Shown: in pieces, positions 10,035 through 20,307 of the stretch
Position numbering within the stretch: position 1 is the first letter of the stretch
Layout of the letters: the number at the start of each line of letters is the position of its first letter
Assembly: GCA_903936565.1 (NCBI GenBank)
Contig: CAIZVZ010000012.1
Coordinates: 3,778 to 67,777 of the forward strand
Length of the DNA stretch: 64,000 nt
Direction of reading: 5' to 3'
Source of the DNA: an uncultured bacterium
GTDB lineage: Bacteria; Patescibacteriota; Minisyncoccia; Phycocordibacterales; CAIZLB01
Position numbers and translations under genes: made by a program
Notes under the pieces: generated by a model
The model's database searches: none
What the model was told of the DNA's origin: nothing
The model's input: the letters and a program-made list of their open reading frames with translations, nothing else

Positions 10035-11918
10035 ATGTCATCAGCTGCTCAAACAATTAAAGAAAGGCTCGGTATCGCAGATGTTATTGGAGCTTACATA
10101 AAAATTGAAAAGACAGGCGCAAATTACAAGGCGCGCTGTCCTTTTCATAATGAAAAAACTCCATCTTTCTTTATCTCACCCGCAAGGAATAATTATTATT
10201 GTTTTGGATGTGGAGCCAAGGGGGATATTTTTACCTTCGTAGAGGAATTTGAAAAAATTGATTTCCTTGGTGCGCTTAAAATCTTGGCTGAAAAGGCTGG
10301 GGTAGAACTTGCTCAATTTCAACATGACAGAAGTAAGGATTCCGAATTGGATAAGTTGCGTGCCGTCTTGGAGGTTGCAACCGTTTTCTATGAAGAGCAA
10401 CTAAATAAGAATCCATCAGCAAAATTTGCTCATGATTATTTGTTGGGTAGGGGATTAACAGAGGATACAATTTTAACCTGGAGAATTGGTCTCGCGTCGA
10501 ACGAATGGAGAGGACTAGGGGACTATCTTCGATCAAAGAATATTGGAAATACTGAAATGGAGAAGGTCGGCTTGATTAAACAAACCGGAACAAGTGTTTA
10601 TGATAGATTCCGAGAAAGAATAATGTTTCCACTTTTTGATTCGTCGGGAAGAGTGATTGGATATTCAGGGAGGTTTATAAAGTTTCCATTAGCGGAATCG
10701 TCGACTCCAACAACAGGTCAGCCAGGGACTTCCCAGTCGGCAGATGAAAATAGAGAACCACCAAAATATTTAAACAGCCCTGATGGTGTTTTGTTTAATA
10801 AATCAGAAATTCTTTACGGGTATCATCGAGCCAAGGAGGGAATAAGAAAATTCGGATATGCAATATTAGTTGAAGGTCAACTTGATATGCTAATGGCGCA
10901 TCAAGCAGGATTCAATAATACAGTTGCAACATCTGGAACATCACTTACTGCACTTCATTTGGAAAAGATAAAAAGACTGACTGATAACACCATGATTGTT
11001 TATGATGCTGATAAAGCGGGACTTAAGGCATCACTGCGAGCATGGGAGTTGGCATTGTCACTGGGGATGGATGTGAAGATTGCCGCGCTTCCAAAAGGGG
11101 AAGATCCTGCATCACTAATTTTGAGCGATAAAGAAAAATTCAAATCATGCTTGAAAAATGCAAAGCATATTATTGATTTTTATCTTGATATATTGGAGAG
11201 AGAAGGGCTAACAGGAAGAGAATTGTGGAAAGCGGTTGAGGTTGAAGTTCTCCCTTACGTTCTGGCGATAGAGAGTTCAATTGATAGGGCGCACTTTATT
11301 AATAGAATTAGTATCAGAACTGATATTCATGAAGCAGATTTGAGAGCAGAGCTGGAGAGATTGATGGTAAAGATGAAGCAGACAGAAAAGAGTGGCCCAC
11401 AGAGCGGTTCATCGAATGGAGCTGGTGGCTCGACTAATCATGGTGATGATGGTCGTGGTGGAAATGAGACTGTCTCTGATCATTCAATAATCAAAGGAGT
11501 CGATGAACTTAGTGATAGTGACAAGAAGACACTAGATCGATTAATAGGCCTGATTCTATGGCTTAAAGACTCATCCAATTTGGCTAAGTCGGAGGAGGTG
11601 GGGAAGAGGGCTGAAACTTTCTTGGATAAGTTTAGTAAAAACTATTTCAACGAGAGAATATCAACTTCCCCTACGGAGCTTTCATTTGAAGCAGAAGTTT
11701 TATTCGCTGGTAGTTCTAAGCTTGATGCAGATATTGAAGAATTATTATTAGAAATTGAAGAGCGTGCGTTAAAACAAACTCTCTCAGTTTTGATGAATAA
11801 TTTAAACAAGATGGAAAAATTACAAAAGAGAGAAGAGGCAATGGAAATTTTGAAAGAGTGCCAAACTATTTCTCTAAAATTATCAGACGTGCAAAGAAAA
11901 AAGAAATTGTATGGATAA
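10035..11918 (+). CDS. dnaG: DNA primase DnaG with low-complexity inserts
   Basis: CPFHNEKTPSF zinc ribbon and TOPRIM motifs (EGQLDMLM, YDADKAG); 627 aa. Confidence 0.9.
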   Translation: MSSAAQTIKERLGIADVIGAYIKIEKTGANYKARCPFHNEKTPSFFISPARNNYYCFGCGAKGDIFTFVEEFEKIDFLGALKILAEKAGVELAQFQHDRSKDSELDKLRAVLEVATVFYEEQLNKNPSAKFAHDYLLGRGLTEDTILTWRIGLASNEWRGLGDYLRSKNIGNTEMEKVGLIKQTGTSVYDRFRERIMFPLFDSSGRVIGYSGRFIKFPLAESSTPTTGQPGTSQSADENREPPKYLNSPDGVLFNKSEILYGYHRAKEGIRKFGYAILVEGQLDMLMAHQAGFNNTVATSGTSLTALHLEKIKRLTDNTMIVYDADKAGLKASLRAWELALSLGMDVKIAALPKGEDPASLILSDKEKFKSCLKNAKHIIDFYLDILEREGLTGRELWKAVEVEVLPYVLAIESSIDRAHFINRISIRTDIHEADLRAELERLMVKMKQTEKSGPQSGSSNGAGGSTNHGDDGRGGNETVSDHSIIKGVDELSDSDKKTLDRLIGLILWLKDSSNLAKSEEVGKRAETFLDKFSKNYFNERISTSPTELSFEAEVLFAGSSKLDADIEELLLEIEERALKQTLSVLMNNLNKMEKLQKREEAMEILKECQTISLKLSDVQRKKKLYG

Positions 11919-11997
11919 TAAATTAGAGGCCTGAAAAACAATTGAGGGCTGGAAAATTTATTATATTATGATATGATTTCTGTAAACAAATGGTGTT

Positions 11998-13452
11998 ATG
12001 CCAAAGAATGCAAAAAATAAAAAATTGAATAAGGTTGCAACTAAAAGCGCTACAAAAAAAAGCGTCATAAAAACAAAAACTGTTTTAAAAAATAAGATAA
12101 AGGTGTCAAAGGGGACAAAATCTGTTTCAAATAAAAATACAAACAAAAGCAAAGATAAAAATAAAAATTTAAATAATAAAAACTTGATTAAAAAAACTTC
12201 TAAAGCAACAAAGAAAGAAATAAAAAAGGTGGATAAAAAACCTGCTAAGGTAGCAAAGGTGGTACCTGCAAAAAAGGCTCCAGCACCGAAAAAGGAAAAG
12301 GTTAAAAAAGTTGCCGTCAAGGTTTTGAAAAAGACAGATAAGTCTGCTTTTCATTCGACTCACACTGGTGCAAAAAACAAAACTAGCACTTGGGAAGAGA
12401 GAGCTGCTATTTTGCTAACCCGTGGACGCGATAGAGGTTTCGTTACTTACGATGAGATTCTGAAAGAATTTCCAAATATTGAAGAGGATATAATGTTCTT
12501 GGATGTTTTGTATGAGAAATTACAAACAGCGGGAATCGATGTTCTTGAAGGTGGAGGAATGCTTGATGTAAACAATCAAGAAGATAATTTGTTGAAGAAA
12601 TATGCAATCAGTAAAAATGATTCAAATTATGATTCAATTCAAATGTATCTTAAGGAGATTGGACAATACCCACTTATCAATGGTTCTGAAGAAAAAGAAC
12701 TGGCAAAAAGAATTGCAAATGGAGATAAAGAGGCGGAAGGATTACTTGCAAAAGCAAACCTTCGTCTTGTTGTTTCTATTGCTAAAAAATATGCAAACAG
12801 AAGTCCTGATCTTACACTTCTAGACTTGATTCAAGAGGGAAATATAGGCTTATTTAAGGCCGTAGATAAGTTCGACTGGTCCAAGGGATTTAAATTTTCA
12901 ACTTATGCAACATGGTGGATTAGACAATCAATCACTCGTGCACTTGCCGATCAATCGAGAACAATTAGGGTTCCAGTTCACATGGTTGAGACAATCGCAA
13001 AGTATAAACAAGTTTTGAGAAGACTAACACAAGACTTGGGCCGTGATCCATTGCCAGAGGAAATCGCAATGGAAATGGGAATTGATGTCGAGAAGATTTA
13101 TACAATTGAGAAAATTGATCAGACAACAGTTTCTCTTGATGCATCGGTTGGAGATGATGATGATAAGTCAACGTTTGGAGACTTTATTCCGGATGATAAA
13201 ATTTTATCACCCGATCAAGAGGCGTCACGCAGAATCTTGGCTGATCAGGTTAAGGAAATTCTTGGTGATCTATCAGAGAAGGAGCGTGAGATTCTAATGT
13301 TGCGTCACGGTCTTGCTGATGGAATTCAGCACACATTGGAAGAGGTTGGAAAAATGTTTGGTGTGACTCGTGAACGTATTAGACAAATTGAAGCAAAGGC
13401 TCATGAGAAGATTAGACAACATGATAAGGTAAATAGATTGAAGAACTATTAA
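11998..13452 (+). CDS. rpoD: RNA polymerase sigma-70 factor RpoD with a ~125-aa lysine-rich histone-H1-like N-terminal extension
   Basis: regions 2-4 are conserved ([19 protein letters not shown], and [21 protein letters not shown] in region 4.2); N-terminus is a K/A/P-rich low-complexity segment. Confidence 0.9.
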   Translation: MPKNAKNKKLNKVATKSATKKSVIKTKTVLKNKIKVSKGTKSVSNKNTNKSKDKNKNLNNKNLIKKTSKATKKEIKKVDKKPAKVAKVVPAKKAPAPKKEKVKKVAVKVLKKTDKSAFHSTHTGAKNKTSTWEERAAILLTRGRDRGFVTYDEILKEFPNIEEDIMFLDVLYEKLQTAGIDVLEGGGMLDVNNQEDNLLKKYAISKNDSNYDSIQMYLKEIGQYPLINGSEEKELAKRIANGDKEAEGLLAKANLRLVVSIAKKYANRSPDLTLLDLIQEGNIGLFKAVDKFDWSKGFKFSTYATWWIRQSITRALADQSRTIRVPVHMVETIAKYKQVLRRLTQDLGRDPLPEEIAMEMGIDVEKIYTIEKIDQTTVSLDASVGDDDDKSTFGDFIPDDKILSPDQEASRRILADQVKEILGDLSEKEREILMLRHGLADGIQHTLEEVGKMFGVTRERIRQIEAKAHEKIRQHDKVNRLKNY

Positions 13453-13519
13453 AATATTATCTTAAGTTTTTTTTGGGTTTGATTTTTAAGCATTCAGTAT
13501 AAAAAAAGAGAGAAGTGAA

Positions 13520-13549
13520 AAGGCCGGCCCGCGATTGCGGTCCGGCCTT
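13520..13549. terminator. GC-rich hairpin between convergent genes
   Basis: aaggccgg-ccgc-gatt-gcgg-ccggcctt, a 12-bp stem; the A-run on its left gives a U-run for the minus-strand transcript, so it acts mainly as the terminator of the 13598-14161 gene. Confidence 0.5.
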
Positions 13550-13597
13550 GCTCGTTGGGCGGAGCGGATTGTTGGTAAACTAAGGAAGCGGGGTATC

Positions 13598-14161
13598 CTA
13601 ACTTCCTGCAACAAATCTTGCTAGTCGAACCCACCACGGCGGCTGGGTTTGTCTGGTGGTTTCCACGACAATGAAGGAGAGACCGACCCCTGAGGATTCG
13701 TTCTTGTCCATATCTTCCTTAGTTACCCTGATGACGGTATATCCATCGCAGACATCAAAGTGGATAGGTTCAAACTGTTGCCCCTCGTCGCAGAGATTCA
13801 GGTAAATCTCAAGTCGCAACAATTGGCTGATAAGCTTGAACCATTCTTCTTTGGATAAATAAGTTTGGACAAGCCGCTTGATGATCCCCAAAAGGGCAGC
13901 ACAATTGCAGTTACCGGAGCGGCAGGTTGCGATTCGCTGCTCCTCTCTTTTGTTGATCTCGGCTCCCAATCGATTGAGTTCCGTGAGCAAATTATGCCTG
14001 TAGTGATACAAGCGGACAAGTCGATCGAGGTGAGAGAAGGATCCGATGATATCATCTTTGCCCTCCTTAGCTTGTCGGAGATCAAGTGATTTGGGGTCAC
14101 TGATGTCCACCTTAGCCAGTATTGCTTCAAGGCTTTTTGTGTCTGTGCTTTCGTGATTCAT
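13598..14161 (-). CDS. hypothetical protein (GC-enriched cassette gene)
   Basis: 187-aa ORF with clearly higher GC than its neighbours; no recognisable motifs apart from a CRSGNCNC cysteine cluster. Confidence 0.4.
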   Translation of the reverse strand: MNHESTDTKSLEAILAKVDISDPKSLDLRQAKEGKDDIIGSFSHLDRLVRLYHYRHNLLTELNRLGAEINKREEQRIATCRSGNCNCAALLGIIKRLVQTYLSKEEWFKLISQLLRLEIYLNLCDEGQQFEPIHFDVCDGYTVIRVTKEDMDKNESSGVGLSFIVVETTRQTQPPWWVRLARFVAGS

Positions 14162-14332
14162 GATTTCAATCTGTGGGGTGTAGTTTTACTCAATAGGTTA
14201 TTCGGTATTCACAAAAAAACAAATCAGCCCTATGCTGACCGCTTGAATTGTAAGGAACCGACTTGAATGGAATATAACATTGTATTTAGTATATGTCAAC
14301 GGTATGGTATTTGTGAAAAAAACAATGGTAAC

Positions 14333-14347
14333 TGCTATAATCTAACT
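14333..14347 (+). promoter_or_regulatory. extended -10 promoter (TGcTATAAT) with a 6-nt leader to the ATG (leaderless-type)
   Basis: tgctataatctaactATG; the same 15-mer tataatctaactatg recurs at 24439-24453. Confidence 0.45.
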
Positions 14348-17300
14348 ATGAATAAAGTAAATCCTGCACAAAGTAAGTTTGAGGAGAGATATGGTAAGCT
14401 AAATAAGCAGCAGAAGAAGGCTGTGGATACCATTGATGGACCACTATTGGTTGTTGCTGGTCCCGGCTCGGGAAAGACAGAAATACTTTCACTTCGCGTG
14501 GCAAAGATTCTAAAAGAGACCCAGGTCTTGCCATCCAATATTTTGTGTATGACATTCACGGACGCCGCTTCATCAAATATGAGAGATCGTTTGTCACGCT
14601 TGATTGGTAACGAAGCGTACAGAGTTTCTATTCACACTTTCCACAGCTTCTGTATAAACATCATTCAAAAATATCCAGAATATTTTTATAAAGGTATACA
14701 ATTTACCCCCGCCGATTCTTTGACCCAAGTTAGGATTCTTGAAGATATTTTCTATGGATTGCCTCAAGGTAATACATTCCGCGATAGCTATCATGAAGAA
14801 AAAGGTTTTTCATATCTATCTGATGCCAAAAAGCGAATAGAGCATCTCAAAAAATCTGGAATCACACCAGATGAGTTCAGAAAGATTATTGCACACAACA
14901 AGCGGTCGGCGCGTCGAGCAGAAAAAATAGTTGTTCCTGCATTCGAAGGTCGTCTCGGAAAGGATGCCTTGGAGCTTGTTAAAAACACAGTGGCGGAATT
15001 GTTCAAGGCAGCAGAGCTGGAGAATAAAGAGGATCCATTCCCACAGGAGAATTCAATATTTTTACCAATTCTTGCATCCTATGCAAACTCACTTCAGGGT
15101 ACACATGCTGATGCAATAGCGGATGATGGAAAAAATACCCAAATCTCAACTTGGAAAACAAAGTATTTAAAGATGCGAGACGATGGTACAAAAACTCTCA
15201 AGGAAATATTAGATGAAGATAAAATGGATGTATTGGCTGATGTTTATGATTTATATCGAAAGAAGATGACGAGCAAAGCATTCTTTGACTTCGACGATAT
15301 GATTCTTGATGCTATTGAAGCGATAGAGAAGCATCCTCGTTTGAAATTCGAATTACAAGAGCAATATCAATATGTTTTAGTGGATGAGTTTCAGGATACA
15401 AATAACGCCCAGATGAAGTTGGTTAATTTGATTTTGAATGCACCAGTGAACGAGGGGCGTCCAAACGTGATGGTTGTGGGTGATGACGATCAGGCAGTCT
15501 ATAAATTCCAGGGTGCTGAGCTTTCAAATATTCTAAATTTTAGAAGAATGTTCGTCGATGTTGAAATTGTCACAATGACTGATAATTATAGATCAACTCA
15601 AGATGTGCTAGATATCGCAACTCACATAATCAGAAAGGGAAGTGGGCGACTTGAAACACTCTATAAAATTGAAAAAAGTTTGAAATCATTAGGTGAGGGA
15701 TTGACTAATGGGGAGATTGTAAATAAAAAATTTAGAACTTCATTAGAAGAATATCATTTTATATCTAGAAAAATAAAGGAATTAATTGACGGTGGAACGA
15801 ACCCAGAAGATATTGCCGTGATTGCAAGAAAGCATGATGGTTTGGAAAGTTTGGTGCCTTACTTGAAGGGGGTACATGTTCCGATTAGATACAAACGCGA
15901 GCAAGATGTTTTCCTAGAGCCCCATATAATGCAGATAATTATTATTTCGAGATTCATCGCAAGTCTATCGCGCAAGGATGCAATTGAAGCTGATAATTAT
16001 TTGCCACAGATTTTGAGTTTCCCATTTTGGCAATTAGGTCGGCAAACTGTTTGGGAGATTTCCAAGGAGGCATACGAGACAAGAAAGACTTGGCTTGAAG
16101 TTATGTTGGAATACAAGGGCGATTCTATAAAGGCACCTCATAAGGTTTCTGACATAGCACATTTTCTAATTGATATTGCAAATAAGTCATTACATGAACC
16201 GCTTGAAAAAGTTTTGGATATTATAATTGGAGCGCACGTTGTGTTGGTGGCGGAGAGCGAGGATGACTTTGAGGATGATGGGGTTGGTGCCGCAGGACCC
16301 GCAGTACCCGCAGGAGCCAAGGCACAAATTGCCTCACCATTCAAGGACTATTATTTTAATAAAGAAAAGTTTGAGCACTCAAGAACGGAATATCTCTCAT
16401 TTCTTTCGAGTCTTCGGGTGTTTATTCGTGCCCTTCGTGATTATGTCGGCGAGCGTGCATTGAACGATGATACTATCTTGAGTGGAGATTTGAATGATGT
16501 AAGTTATCATTATCTTACAATAGAAGACCTAATAAAATTTGTAGATCTTAGACAAAAGAATCATTTGCCGTTAAATGATGAGAGTCCATTTGCAAGTGGA
16601 GAAAAAGCAGTGAACCTTCTTTCATCACATGGTGCGAAGGGGCTGGAGTTTGATACCGTGTTTGTTCTTTCTTGCCAGGATAATATTTGGGCAGGCAGAG
16701 GGGTAAATAATAAAATATCATTTCCAATCAACCTACCAATTCAGCCAGCTGGAGACGATGAGACAGATCAAATGAGATTGTTTTATGTTGCATTAACTCG
16801 TGCAAAGCGACATCTATATTTAACATCGTATAAAATTGCAGAGACTGGAAAGGAGTCCTCAATCCTTCGATTCATGCTTCCATCTAATGATTTTGATTAT
16901 AAAAAGTCACCAGCAGTTTTGGAAAAATTATATAATCCAGAAGATCAATCAATTGATGATAATGGTCCAGAGACGCATGAGCTTCTGACAGCATCATGGT
17001 TGTTGTATAACACACCTCCATTTTTTGGTGAAGAAATTGAGCTATTAAAGATTCCTCTTAAGGATTACAAATTATCGGTTACTCACCTTAATAACTTCTT
17101 GGATGTTAAAAGGGGTGGTCCTCAGACATTTTTGGAACAGAACCTTCTCCGATTTCCTCAGGCGAAAACTTTGGTCAGCTCATACGGGTCAACAATTCAC
17201 AAGGCAATAGAGCGTTTAATTGTTTCTAAAAAGATAGGTAAGGATGTTGGAGAATTAGATGAGGAAGGGAATATTGTTTCTTTTAGTGACTCTTTGCCTG

Positions 17301-18016
17301 ACCTTGATGATGTTAAATCTGTCGATAAATCTAATAAGCATTCAGAAAAGCAAAAACTAATAAAATGGTTTGAAACAGCCCTTAGAAAAGAGAGGATGTC
17401 ATCAAGGGATTATGAATATTATAGACAAAAGGGAGAAGAGTCACTTTCTGCTTTTTATGATCAAAAGAGCGAGGACTTCACTGGTGACGATTTGTCCGAA
17501 GTTGATTTTAGGAATGAAGGGGTTGTGATTACAGATGAGCAAAATAGAATGGCACACCTAACTGGAAAGATAGATAAAATATTCAAAAATCAAAATCACG
17601 AATATGAAGTTGTGGATTTCAAAACTGGTAAGGCTGAATTTAGCTGGCAGTCGAGTGATGAAGACAAGAAAATTAAATTAAACAACTATAGAAGACAATT
17701 AGTCTTTTATAAGTTATTAATGGAAAACTCGGCGAGATATAAAAATTCAAAGGTTTCCAAAGGGCTGCTTCAGTTCGTTGAACCAATTAAAGAAACTACA
17801 GAGAAGGGGACAATGAAAAATAAAATAATTGGACTTGATTTGGACTTGAAAAATTTAAACGATGAGGAGCTGGGTGATGAGTATGAAAGATTGAAAAAGC
17901 TAGTCTGTATTGTCTATGACAAAATAATGAATTTGGATTTTCCAGATGTTACTTCTTATGACCCAAGTCTTAAGGGAATTAGAGCTTTTGAAGATTGGCT
18001 GTTGGAGGGGAATTAA
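14348..18016 (+). CDS. UvrD/PcrA-family SF1 helicase fused to a C-terminal PD-(D/E)xK (RecB-like) nuclease domain, AddA-like
   Basis: Walker A AGPGSGKT and UvrD motifs (DEFQDTN, VVGDDDQAVYKFQGA, LTRAK); C-terminal ...EVVDFKTG...YRRQLVFYKLL nuclease motifs; start moved from 14267 to 14348 to follow the TGn -10 element. Confidence 0.8.
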   Translation: MNKVNPAQSKFEERYGKLNKQQKKAVDTIDGPLLVVAGPGSGKTEILSLRVAKILKETQVLPSNILCMTFTDAASSNMRDRLSRLIGNEAYRVSIHTFHSFCINIIQKYPEYFYKGIQFTPADSLTQVRILEDIFYGLPQGNTFRDSYHEEKGFSYLSDAKKRIEHLKKSGITPDEFRKIIAHNKRSARRAEKIVVPAFEGRLGKDALELVKNTVAELFKAAELENKEDPFPQENSIFLPILASYANSLQGTHADAIADDGKNTQISTWKTKYLKMRDDGTKTLKEILDEDKMDVLADVYDLYRKKMTSKAFFDFDDMILDAIEAIEKHPRLKFELQEQYQYVLVDEFQDTNNAQMKLVNLILNAPVNEGRPNVMVVGDDDQAVYKFQGAELSNILNFRRMFVDVEIVTMTDNYRSTQDVLDIATHIIRKGSGRLETLYKIEKSLKSLGEGLTNGEIVNKKFRTSLEEYHFISRKIKELIDGGTNPEDIAVIARKHDGLESLVPYLKGVHVPIRYKREQDVFLEPHIMQIIIISRFIASLSRKDAIEADNYLPQILSFPFWQLGRQTVWEISKEAYETRKTWLEVMLEYKGDSIKAPHKVSDIAHFLIDIANKSLHEPLEKVLDIIIGAHVVLVAESEDDFEDDGVGAAGPAVPAGAKAQIASPFKDYYFNKEKFEHSRTEYLSFLSSLRVFIRALRDYVGERALNDDTILSGDLNDVSYHYLTIEDLIKFVDLRQKNHLPLNDESPFASGEKAVNLLSSHGAKGLEFDTVFVLSCQDNIWAGRGVNNKISFPINLPIQPAGDDETDQMRLFYVALTRAKRHLYLTSYKIAETGKESSILRFMLPSNDFDYKKSPAVLEKLYNPEDQSIDDNGPETHELLTASWLLYNTPPFFGEEIELLKIPLKDYKLSVTHLNNFLDVKRGGPQTFLEQNLLRFPQAKTLVSSYGSTIHKAIERLIVSKKIGKDVGELDEEGNIVSFSDSLPDLDDVKSVDKSNKHSEKQKLIKWFETALRKERMSSRDYEYYRQKGEESLSAFYDQKSEDFTGDDLSEVDFRNEGVVITDEQNRMAHLTGKIDKIFKNQNHEYEVVDFKTGKAEFSWQSSDEDKKIKLNNYRRQLVFYKLLMENSARYKNSKVSKGLLQFVEPIKETTEKGTMKNKIIGLDLDLKNLNDEELGDEYERLKKLVCIVYDKIMNLDFPDVTSYDPSLKGIRAFEDWLLEGN

Positions 18017-18094
18017 TTTAGTTAAAAACAAAACCCAAAACTTTTTAAATTTTGGATTTTATTTGCCCGAACATTTATTTAATTGTAGCAAATG

Positions 18095-18781
18095 CTATTT
18101 CACCGAATCAACTGCCTTTTGCAACTCTGATTCCTGAACTGCACCTTGAGTGTAGGTTGAACCCTTTGGTCCGACGAAGATTACAGTAGGGGTTGCATAA
18201 ACACTCAGTCCTTGCGCATCCTTTGCGTCTGATTCAATTGTTGCGGCGTATGCTGGATTGGCAGAATCTGTTTTCAGCTTCGCAACATCCATTCCAAGTG
18301 ACTCTGCGTATTTTATAAAGAAGGGAATATAGTCTACCCCAGTCTTAGACCACTCTTGTTGATTCTTGAAAACTAGGCTTGAATATTCCTTAAACTTCCC
18401 CTGTGCGATAGATGCGTATACTAGCTTGGCTTCTTCTTTTGATTGTGCGTGAATTGGAATAGTTCTGTAAACATATTTGATGGTTGGATTATTCTTCAAT
18501 AGTTTCTCCATTTCAGGTTGTAGAACTGAACATGCAGGACATGCGTAGTCTGCAAATTCAACGATTGTAACTGATGAAGTACTTAAGCTTGAGTCCTTTG
18601 TTAAGGATGCAATACCGTTTTCTATCATCGGACTCCCTGCTTTTATTAGAAGCTCCGGCTTAATAATTGGTTTTGGAATACCTGTTTGACCACCATTTTT
18701 TGCGGAGATATATAGTCCAGCTCCAACTACAATTATAGTCAGAATGGCTACCGCACTTATGAATTTTATTTCGCTCTTCAT
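18095..18781 (-). CDS. DsbA-like thiol:disulfide oxidoreductase, membrane-anchored
   Basis: thioredoxin-fold CPAC active site (ADYACPACSV) and an N-terminal TM helix. Confidence 0.7.
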   Translation of the reverse strand: MKSEIKFISAVAILTIIVVGAGLYISAKNGGQTGIPKPIIKPELLIKAGSPMIENGIASLTKDSSLSTSSVTIVEFADYACPACSVLQPEMEKLLKNNPTIKYVYRTIPIHAQSKEEAKLVYASIAQGKFKEYSSLVFKNQQEWSKTGVDYIPFFIKYAESLGMDVAKLKTDSANPAYAATIESDAKDAQGLSVYATPTVIFVGPKGSTYTQGAVQESELQKAVDSVK

Positions 18782-18945
18782 GTATTTAAATTATTTATTA
18801 ATTATTATGCATATAATAATAACAAAAAAATGGAGGTCAAGCCCCGTTTTTTGCAAAAAAAGTGTGGTCTAATTTTAAGTAACATAGAAGCCCCGCTTGA
18901 AAACGGTGGCGAGGTCACGCGCGGTGGGCGGGGCTTCTCTGGTTT

Positions 18946-19473
18946 TCAGGCGGGGCTTGGGGCGAGATTTGGCTTATAATCCTCCGGTGGAGTTCCCCAC
19001 CAGCGAATATGTCTTCCTCGATCGAGCTTGCTCTTGTCGGTGGGTAAGATCCGTTTAATGAGGTCTTGTAGTGTGTTGTCTCGCACTGCACCATCTAACG
19101 TCATTGTAAACAGATTCGGATCGCCCAATCGCCCTAGGCAGGTAGCATCGTGTCCGTTCGTGGTGAGTACGACAAACGGGGTCGTTTCGCGACCCATAAT
19201 TTCGCGACCCCGTGCATATACTGCTTGTCCAACATGCTTATCGCCTTGAGCAAATTCATGTGCAAATCGACTTTTACCACAGGGTAGGTAGTCGCTTATG
19301 ATGACGATTACATAGCCAGTATCCTTTTTCTCCAAGTGTTGGAGGACTTGGTGTGCGTCGGCACAGATTACCCATTTGGGTGATTGGATAACGCTACCTA
19401 GTGAAGCGAGCGTGCTTGCAAAATACTGTTGGTCTAGTTTTGGGTGTGTTGCTATTAATACTGTTACTTTCAC
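18946..19473 (-). CDS. receiver-like (CheY-fold) hypothetical protein lacking the canonical acid pocket; GC-enriched
   Basis: block-wise similarity to the 19796-20287 product (VLIATHP / ILLAYDK; VIVIISD / DIIIIDG; VVLTTNGH / VMVTTNHS); elevated GC. Confidence 0.4.
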   Translation of the reverse strand: MKVTVLIATHPKLDQQYFASTLASLGSVIQSPKWVICADAHQVLQHLEKKDTGYVIVIISDYLPCGKSRFAHEFAQGDKHVGQAVYARGREIMGRETTPFVVLTTNGHDATCLGRLGDPNLFTMTLDGAVRDNTLQDLIKRILPTDKSKLDRGRHIRWWGTPPEDYKPNLAPSPA

Positions 19474-19795
19474 TGCATCGTTCTTTCTGTGTTAGGGGTT
19501 GTTGATTAGAATTCTTCCGGACTGTCAATAAGTTTCTAGTCCAAGAAAAAGATTACCACGATTTAAAAGACTCTACAACAGTAATGTTTATGGTTAGGTG
19601 ATGTAAAAAGAAGGGTTTATATATAAAATCAGAAACAAAGAGACCCCGATCCAAACGGGGGAAGCGAGGCTCCTTTGGTTTGGGTTTCGGGGTTTAATAG
19701 GTTGTGTTTGTTGGGCGTGGTGAATCTTATTGTTTTGATATTCCTGAGGCGGGGGTTATTCGAGAATCGCCTGGTAAGACGCCATGTTCGGGTTG

Positions 19796-20287
19796 TTAAA
19801 CTCTATTTGCTGGAAAGAAGTGTCTGACGGCTGCAATGATGCTGTCATCCATTGACGCTTCAGCTTTAGTTACCGCCAAATGATGGTCGGAACTTAACGC
19901 AGCTACGGATAAACGAACAAGTTCGCTGTGGTTTGTTGTAACCATGACTACGGGAACTTCTTTCGTTTGATCTTTCCTGCGAACCTGTTTGTAGATGTAC
20001 GCCCCGGTATCTAGGGATTTTCTGGCTCTTGGTGCATATTTGGGGATCCCCTTGTTATCGAGACGTCCATCGATGATGATGATGTCAAAAACAAAACGTC
20101 TCGAATTTACATACCTTAAAACTTTACCCGCGTCTCCACAGGTCGTGACACTAAAGTCAGGCTCTGCTTCGAGTCTGGCTTGGGTGTTTTCTGAATAGAA
20201 TCTGCCAGGCTCTTTGTCGTAAGCAAGCAGTATGTTAATTTTTCTGGGCATTTTCTGACTATTTCTGGTTTGGGAACTGGACCACAT
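19796..20287 (-). CDS. stand-alone response-regulator receiver domain protein; GC-enriched
   Basis: LLAYD...FDIIIIDG...VVMVTTN resembles the CheY D/D/T pattern; elevated GC. Confidence 0.5.
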   Translation of the reverse strand: MWSSSQTRNSQKMPRKINILLAYDKEPGRFYSENTQARLEAEPDFSVTTCGDAGKVLRYVNSRRFVFDIIIIDGRLDNKGIPKYAPRARKSLDTGAYIYKQVRRKDQTKEVPVVMVTTNHSELVRLSVAALSSDHHLAVTKAEASMDDSIIAAVRHFFPANRV

Positions 20288-20307
20288 TAGGAATAATTCC
20301 TAGTCCT

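Noticed and set aside
392-10536. Multiple short antisense ORFs inside trmD, rpoB, rpoC and dnaG (e.g. 392-583, 4179-4421, 5004-5222, 6579-6761, 7852-8312, 8589-8843, 9567-9812, 10176-10536)
   Set aside because: They are fully nested antisense in strongly supported conserved genes. Spurious.
11961-12363. Minus-strand ORFs of 119 and 64 aa inside rpoD
   Set aside because: They are mirror-image artefacts of the Lys-codon-rich (AAA/AAG) N-terminal extension of rpoD. Their Phe/Leu-rich translations are typical of antisense reading of poly-Lys regions.
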